Positions 27,581 to 32,171 of a stretch of 32,171 nucleotides of DNA are shown one piece after another. Made by a program: the position numbers and the translations under genes. Location: positions 1 through 32,171 of IMG/VR virus record IMGVR_UViG_3300025849_000132; one strand, written 5' to 3'. The notes under the pieces are model-generated. The model was given only the letters and a program-made list of their open reading frames with translations, searched no databases and was not told the origin of the DNA. Positions within the stretch are counted from its first letter, which is position 1; each line of letters starts with the position of its first letter. This DNA comes from a virus. Lineage: Duplodnaviria > Caudoviricetes.

Positions 27581-28768
27581 ATGGCAATTATATTACCTGG
27601 AGGGTTTCAGATAACAAACAACGAAGCAGTTGATTCAAGAATAAGCGTAGCTGACCAAACAGCACGTTTAGGATTCTCAGCTGCAAACGTATATGAAGGT
27701 TTACTTGTATACCAACAAGATACAAATGAAATATATGTTTTAACAAATTCATCTGACCCCACTAATAACTCTAACTGGGATAAAATATACCCAGTTTCAG
27801 GATCATCTTCAAGTAATTCAGGATCATTTAGTGGTTCGTTTCAAGGAGATGGAAGTGGATTAACTAATATAGTTTCCTCATCATATGCACTTACTGCTTC
27901 TTATGTTGAAGGTGGAGGTAACTCAGCTACAGCTTCATATGCTTTAACAGCATCATACTTAGAAGGATATATAGAATCAGCATCATTTGCTGCTACTTCA
28001 TCACATGCTTTAACAGCATCATATTTAGATGGTTTTATTGAATCTGCTTCATTTGCGGCAACAGCATCATATTTTGATGGTTTCGTTGAATCTGCTTCAT
28101 ACGCAGTAACAGCATCATATATTGAAATGTCTGATGCTTATAGAGAAGATTTCTCTAATGTTAATAGTATAACTGTAAATCACAATAGAGATACAGAAGA
28201 TGTTTTAGTAGCTGTTTATGAAACAACAGGAGGAACCCCACCACAACTAATAATACCACAAAGTGTTACATTAACTAATGATAATACAGCTGTAGTAACT
28301 TTCGCTACAAATGTAGATGGTTACGTAATAGTAACAGATGGTAAAGGTGTTGCTAATACTGGGTTTACATTAAGTTCATCATATGCTACCTACGCTAAAA
28401 CATCAGGAGCAGCGATAACAGCATCTCATGCATTACATGCTTTAACAGCATCATATGCTATATCATCTTCACATGAAATTGTTCATGAACTTAGTTCTTC
28501 ATACTCTCAAACATCATCATACGCAGTAACAGCATCATATGTTTTAAGTGATTCAATTGTCAATCCAACTTCATATAGAGAAGCAGTTAGTGGTGCTACA
28601 AGTTATACTATAACACATAACTTAAATCAAGATTTCCCTATAGTACAAGCATACGAACAAACATCACTTTCACAAGAGATACCATCATCTGTAACATCAA
28701 CAGGAGTAAACTCAATAGATGTTACCTTTATAAACAACTTTGATGGTACTATAGTAGTAGTAAAATAA
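27581..28768 (+). CDS. Tail fibre segment with two HN(L/R)-type beta domains
   Basis: N-terminal VDSR...YEGLLVY...IYVL domain, shared SGSFSGSFQGDGSGLTNI and ASY cassettes, duplicated ITVNHNRD...VYE / ITHNLN...AYE domains. Confidence 0.7.
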   Translation: MAIILPGGFQITNNEAVDSRISVADQTARLGFSAANVYEGLLVYQQDTNEIYVLTNSSDPTNNSNWDKIYPVSGSSSSNSGSFSGSFQGDGSGLTNIVSSSYALTASYVEGGGNSATASYALTASYLEGYIESASFAATSSHALTASYLDGFIESASFAATASYFDGFVESASYAVTASYIEMSDAYREDFSNVNSITVNHNRDTEDVLVAVYETTGGTPPQLIIPQSVTLTNDNTAVVTFATNVDGYVIVTDGKGVANTGFTLSSSYATYAKTSGAAITASHALHALTASYAISSSHEIVHELSSSYSQTSSYAVTASYVLSDSIVNPTSYREAVSGATSYTITHNLNQDFPIVQAYEQTSLSQEIPSSVTSTGVNSIDVTFINNFDGTIVVVK

Positions 28769-28770
28769 TA

Positions 28771-28780
28771 TATTTATAAC
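28771..28780 (+). promoter_or_regulatory. Putative late promoter TATTTATAAC
   Basis: Intergenic, 17 nt before ATG 28798. Confidence 0.7.
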
Positions 28781-28797
28781 AAAATAAAATAGGTTAG

Positions 28798-29064
28798 ATG
28801 AGAATAGATGACGCAATATTAAGTGGATCAGTATTAGGTTCAAGCGCAATAGTATCCATATCAGGATCATATACAGGATCCGGACACATAGCAACATCAT
28901 CACTTGCTATACTAGCAGATACTACTTCTAATATAGACATAACAGACTATACTACAACATCCATAATGAAAACCCCTGTAGTCTATATATTAGATACAGA
29001 TTATGAAGACCCAGGTTTTACACCAAATCCTGATACATTATATTTGATTTATGAAGAAGCATAA
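28798..29064 (+). CDS. Short fibre adaptor protein
   Basis: SGS/TGS-rich N-half; C-terminal DY......PNPDTLYLI motif of the kind ending many minor tail/fibre proteins. Confidence 0.6.
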   Translation: MRIDDAILSGSVLGSSAIVSISGSYTGSGHIATSSLAILADTTSNIDITDYTTTSIMKTPVVYILDTDYEDPGFTPNPDTLYLIYEEA

Positions 29065-29104
29065 AGTATAGTTTATTAATACAAATAGTTACCATATATA
29101 GGAT

Positions 29105-30547
29105 ATGCCAGAAATTAGATTAGGTTCCTCAGAGAGCATGAAAAATATAAACCTTGGGTCTAAGGAGATCCAAGCTGTTAAAAAGGGGACTGTTGTAGTT
29201 TGGTTAAATAATTTACCACCACAAATTCAATTAACATCCCCCCAAGTAGTAGGTGTGTATGGGGATGAAAATTTCCCCATAGATGTAGTAGCTGGTGCTA
29301 ATACAACAGTAACATTTCAAGCTAGAGATATAGACCCAGGAGATACCATAGTTAGTTATGCTGTTGATGGTCCAACAGACTTTACACCAATCCCAACTAC
29401 ACCCATCACACCACCCGGCAATCCAGTTACAGGTCTTACATTTACTATTCCTGGTTCCCTATTCCCTACATTTGGTATTCCAACTACTGATAATGTATTT
29501 ACAATTACTATTACTGACCAAAGAGGTGCGGAGGGAGAGTACACAGTTACGGTGGCAAACGTTTCAGTTGTTGGGCCAACAGCAAAAGTAGAATCTAGTT
29601 TTCCATCAGTAAAGGCCTATAGTCCAGCATCATATACAAGATCAGCTAAATTTAGTATGACTCAATCCCCAAGTGCAATACAAAATCATTACACCCCAGA
29701 ATATTCTGATGATGGGGGTGTAACATGGAAAACATACCCTGGTTATCCTGTTGAATTATATGCTACTACAACTTGTGGAGTCGTTACACGTCGATATTTC
29801 CACACTAGATCAGTAAGTAATATATACCCTACCTCCCCAGGTACAACCGCTAAATCTGTTTTTGTCGTATCAGCACCAGATATAGTTATACAAGGAGGAT
29901 ATTCAGGTTTACCAGGTGGCTTAAGCATGTACCAAACATCAGAATTGCGTATTAGTGCAGATTGTAGTAAAAATACTCGTCAATGGGAGACTCGTGGTAG
30001 TGAAAAATATGGTCAACACCGTACTGTACTACCCACCAGTACACACTATACAAAGTATTTCTGGGCACATAATCCAAGTGCAACAGTAAGCATAGGTAGC
30101 GATCAGGGGACTCTATATTATAACCGAGACACCATCACAGTTAGGGTTGGTAAATATTATTTTATACCACCAATCCCAACACCCCCATCATCACCACCTC
30201 CACTAACCTTCACAGGTATTAGTTATGGAACAGCCACATTATCATATCAAGATGAGTCTTTTAATATTCCTGTAGGTACTCCTTCAATAACATGTGCCCC
30301 AATAACCATCAATATATCTGCTGCTTATCAAAGTATTAGTTATATAGGTGGAAACATAGGACCTTTTAACGGGTCACCTGCACAGCAAAATTTTAATGGT
30401 TTTTCAAACTCCGTTTCATTTGATACATCAGGATGGTCTCCAGGTACTTATAATTACACCTTAGCTGCTGTGTGGGGTTTTACATCTAATGGTGTAAATA
30501 TTCAAGGTGTTAATCGTGCAGGTGAAATAACAGTAACTGTTACCTAA
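29105..30547 (+). CDS. Putative distal adhesin / receptor-binding protein with Ig-like domain
   Basis: N-terminal IRLGS..MKNINLGSKEIQAVKKG..VVW motif; N.PP.I...A.D.D.GD...ITITD..G cadherin/Ig-like pattern; Pro-rich linkers. Confidence 0.6.
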   Translation: MPEIRLGSSESMKNINLGSKEIQAVKKGTVVVWLNNLPPQIQLTSPQVVGVYGDENFPIDVVAGANTTVTFQARDIDPGDTIVSYAVDGPTDFTPIPTTPITPPGNPVTGLTFTIPGSLFPTFGIPTTDNVFTITITDQRGAEGEYTVTVANVSVVGPTAKVESSFPSVKAYSPASYTRSAKFSMTQSPSAIQNHYTPEYSDDGGVTWKTYPGYPVELYATTTCGVVTRRYFHTRSVSNIYPTSPGTTAKSVFVVSAPDIVIQGGYSGLPGGLSMYQTSELRISADCSKNTRQWETRGSEKYGQHRTVLPTSTHYTKYFWAHNPSATVSIGSDQGTLYYNRDTITVRVGKYYFIPPIPTPPSSPPPLTFTGISYGTATLSYQDESFNIPVGTPSITCAPITINISAAYQSISYIGGNIGPFNGSPAQQNFNGFSNSVSFDTSGWSPGTYNYTLAAVWGFTSNGVNIQGVNRAGEITVTVT

Positions 30548-30569
30548 TACTAACAACCATAAAACAACT

Positions 30570-30592
30570 AGGCTCCCATAGGGAGCCTTTTT
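30570..30592 (+). terminator. Rho-independent terminator closing the structural module (overlaps a putative host-type promoter)
   Basis: AGGCTCCC-ATA-GGGAGCCT stem-loop followed by a T run, 23 nt after the stop at 30547. Confidence 0.7.
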
Positions 30593-30604
30593 ATATTGTA
30601 TGAT

Positions 30605-31033
30605 ATGTGGTTATACAAAGACAAAGAAATCAACTCAATAGAGGATATGCCTGCCGACACTTTCGGTTTCGTATATTTAGTTACTCATACCCCAAGTGGT
30701 AAAAAATATTTAGGTAAAAAACAACTAATATCTAATAGAACTCTCCCACCACTCAAGGGGTCTAAGAGAAAACGCAAAATCCAAAAAGAAAGTGATTGGA
30801 AAACATATTATGGTTCCCAATCCGAAGTAAAACAACTAGTTAAGGAATCCAAAGATAAGTTGGAGTTCATAAGAGAGATTATTATATTTACGTCAACGAA
30901 AAAACAACTTACTTATTTTGAGACCAAGTTACAGTTTGTAAACGAGGTATTAGAAAACGATGAATATTTAAACTCAAATATTCTCGGGAAGTTTTTTAGG
31001 AAAGATTTATATGACAAATCAGTTATTAGTTAG
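30605..31033 (+). CDS. GIY-YIG family endonuclease
   Basis: GFVYLVTH..SGKKYLGKK, WKTYYGS, FIREII, conserved E and YLNSNI; ATG at 30605 preferred over TTG at 30596. Confidence 0.8.
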   Translation: MWLYKDKEINSIEDMPADTFGFVYLVTHTPSGKKYLGKKQLISNRTLPPLKGSKRKRKIQKESDWKTYYGSQSEVKQLVKESKDKLEFIREIIIFTSTKKQLTYFETKLQFVNEVLENDEYLNSNILGKFFRKDLYDKSVIS

Positions 31034-31943
31034 TTTAGTTAACTCAGTTTTAGGTAGTGGTAAACCCACTGCTAGAGATAACTACGCATATCACTGTCCT
31101 AGTTGTCATCATGCTAAACCCAAACTCGAAATCCAACTCACTGAAAATAGAGAAGGTAAAAACAAGTGGCAATGTTGGGCATGTCAAAAAAGTGGACAAT
31201 CAGTCTACGCTTTATTTAAACTAGCTAAAGCATCTAACGACAAAATACAACAAGCTAAAAAACTAATAGCCAACTCAAAGTCGTTTAAACACACTAAGGT
31301 TGACGAATCAGCGATTGTATTACCTAAGGAATATATTGCGTTATATAACGCTGATACATCGAAAATAACGTATAGACACGCCGCAGCATACCTTAAACGA
31401 AGAGGTATAACTCAAGAAGACATATTAAAATATCAAATAGGATATTGTGAGGAAGGGCCTTATAGAAATATGTTAATATTACCAACGTTTGATGCAGAGG
31501 GATACTTAAACTATTTTACAGCAAGAAACTTCGATGCATCATCATCCCTAAAATATAAAAACCCACCAGCATCAAGAGACATAATACCTAACGAATATTT
31601 TATTAATTGGAATTTACCAATAATACTTTGTGAAGGTATATTTGATGCTATAGCAATAAAAAGAAACGCAATACCTTTATTAGGTAAAAATATACAATCA
31701 TCTTTAATGAAAAAAATCATCACATCTATTGTAGACAAAATCTACATTGCGTTGGATAGTGATGCATTTAAACAATCACTTAGGTTTTGTGAAAAATTAA
31801 TGAATGAAGGAAAGGAAATCTACTTAGTAGATGTAGGAGAAAAAGATGCTGCTGAGCATGGTTTTCATGACTTCACCAAAATCATTCAACAAACAAAACC
31901 TTTAACCTATTCTAAACTATTAGAATATAAACTAAGTCTATGA
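31011..31943 (+). CDS. DNA primase (zinc-binding plus TOPRIM; DnaG/T4 gp61-like)
   Basis: CPSC...CWAC zinc motif, YLKRRGI, KYKNP, LCEGIFDA, IALDSDA, KDAAE. Confidence 0.92.
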   Translation: MTNQLLVSLVNSVLGSGKPTARDNYAYHCPSCHHAKPKLEIQLTENREGKNKWQCWACQKSGQSVYALFKLAKASNDKIQQAKKLIANSKSFKHTKVDESAIVLPKEYIALYNADTSKITYRHAAAYLKRRGITQEDILKYQIGYCEEGPYRNMLILPTFDAEGYLNYFTARNFDASSSLKYKNPPASRDIIPNEYFINWNLPIILCEGIFDAIAIKRNAIPLLGKNIQSSLMKKIITSIVDKIYIALDSDAFKQSLRFCEKLMNEGKEIYLVDVGEKDAAEHGFHDFTKIIQQTKPLTYSKLLEYKLSL

Positions 31944-32171
31944 CAAAACTAAGAAAAGCCAACTTCCCAAAACAAGAGTATAACAAAACGTTTACTCAAG
32001 TTACTACTAACGATTCTCGTTTCTACGAAGATGGTGAAAAAACATACCCATCAGTTACGTTTGTGTTATCCTTTTTCCCCAAAGGAAAGTTTTTTGAAGA
32101 GTGGTTAAAGAAAGTAGGTTCAAACGCCGATTATGTAGTAAAAAAAGCTGCTGCTGAAGGTACTATAGTTC
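31940..32171 (+). CDS. PD-(D/E)XK (Cas4/RecB-like) exonuclease, 3'-truncated; not in the ORF track
   Basis: ATGA overlap with the primase stop; MTKLRKANFPKQEYNKTFTQVTTNDSRFYEDGEKTYPSVTFVLSFFPKGKFFEEWLKKVGSNADYVVKKAAAEGTIV shows the RFY...YPSVT...W.K.VG...A..GT.(V)H pattern. Confidence 0.75.
   Translation, partial: MTKLRKANFPKQEYNKTFTQVTTNDSRFYEDGEKTYPSVTFVLSFFPKGKFFEEWLKKVGSNADYVVKKAAAEGTIV

Noticed and set aside
18771-30547. Diversity-generating retroelement or invertase shufflon acting on fibres
   Set aside because: No reverse transcriptase or recombinase, no adenine-specific TR/VR pair and no inverted gene cassettes seen in the window
30605-31033. GIY-YIG as an intron-encoded homing endonuclease
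   Set aside because: Free-standing, short, lacks evident C-terminal DNA-binding repeats and interrupts no gene
2367-31738. Numerous 60-130 aa minus-strand or nested ORFs (e.g. 11501-11887, 19865-20233, 24705-25025, 25698-26018, 29358-29591)
   Set aside because: All overlap long + strand genes; AYDAV repeats are simply the antisense reading of TASYA
1-32171. Alternative genetic code / stop-codon reassignment
   Set aside because: The standard code gives near-complete coding coverage; the few TAG/TGA stops abut or overlap downstream starts
31940-32171. Cas4-like gene as part of a CRISPR-Cas locus
   Set aside because: Stand-alone PD-(D/E)XK nucleases next to primase are common in phages; no array or other cas genes are visible

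Overview
AT-rich, gene-dense 32 kb segment of a large tailed dsDNA phage, probably a myovirus distantly related to T4, with every credible gene on the + strand. Left end: a 5'-truncated HD-domain protein, a small membrane protein and a T4 gp55-like late sigma factor. A long virion module (about 1.6-30.5 kb) follows, with a gp5-like hub/spike, gp25- and gp6-like wedge proteins, a large gp7/P2-I-like wedge protein, tail-collar-like proteins and six fibre/adhesin genes, several built from shared S/T-rich cassettes. After a terminator come a GIY-YIG nuclease, a DNA primase and a truncated PD-(D/E)XK exonuclease. The lack of obvious Shine-Dalgarno motifs and the TTTG-N19-TATATT-type promoters suggest a Bacteroidota host (inference). 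Most notable: (1) a TATTTATAA motif, the reverse complement of the T4 late promoter core, in six intergenic gaps downstream of the sigma gene; (2) a [S/T]-[G/A/S]-S tripeptide enriched in virion proteins that could be a modification sequon; (3) an apparent plug-and-socket, branched chain of fibre proteins; (4) an amicyanin-type copper-ligand motif inside a tail fibre. All family assignments come from motif recognition by eye; no searches were run.
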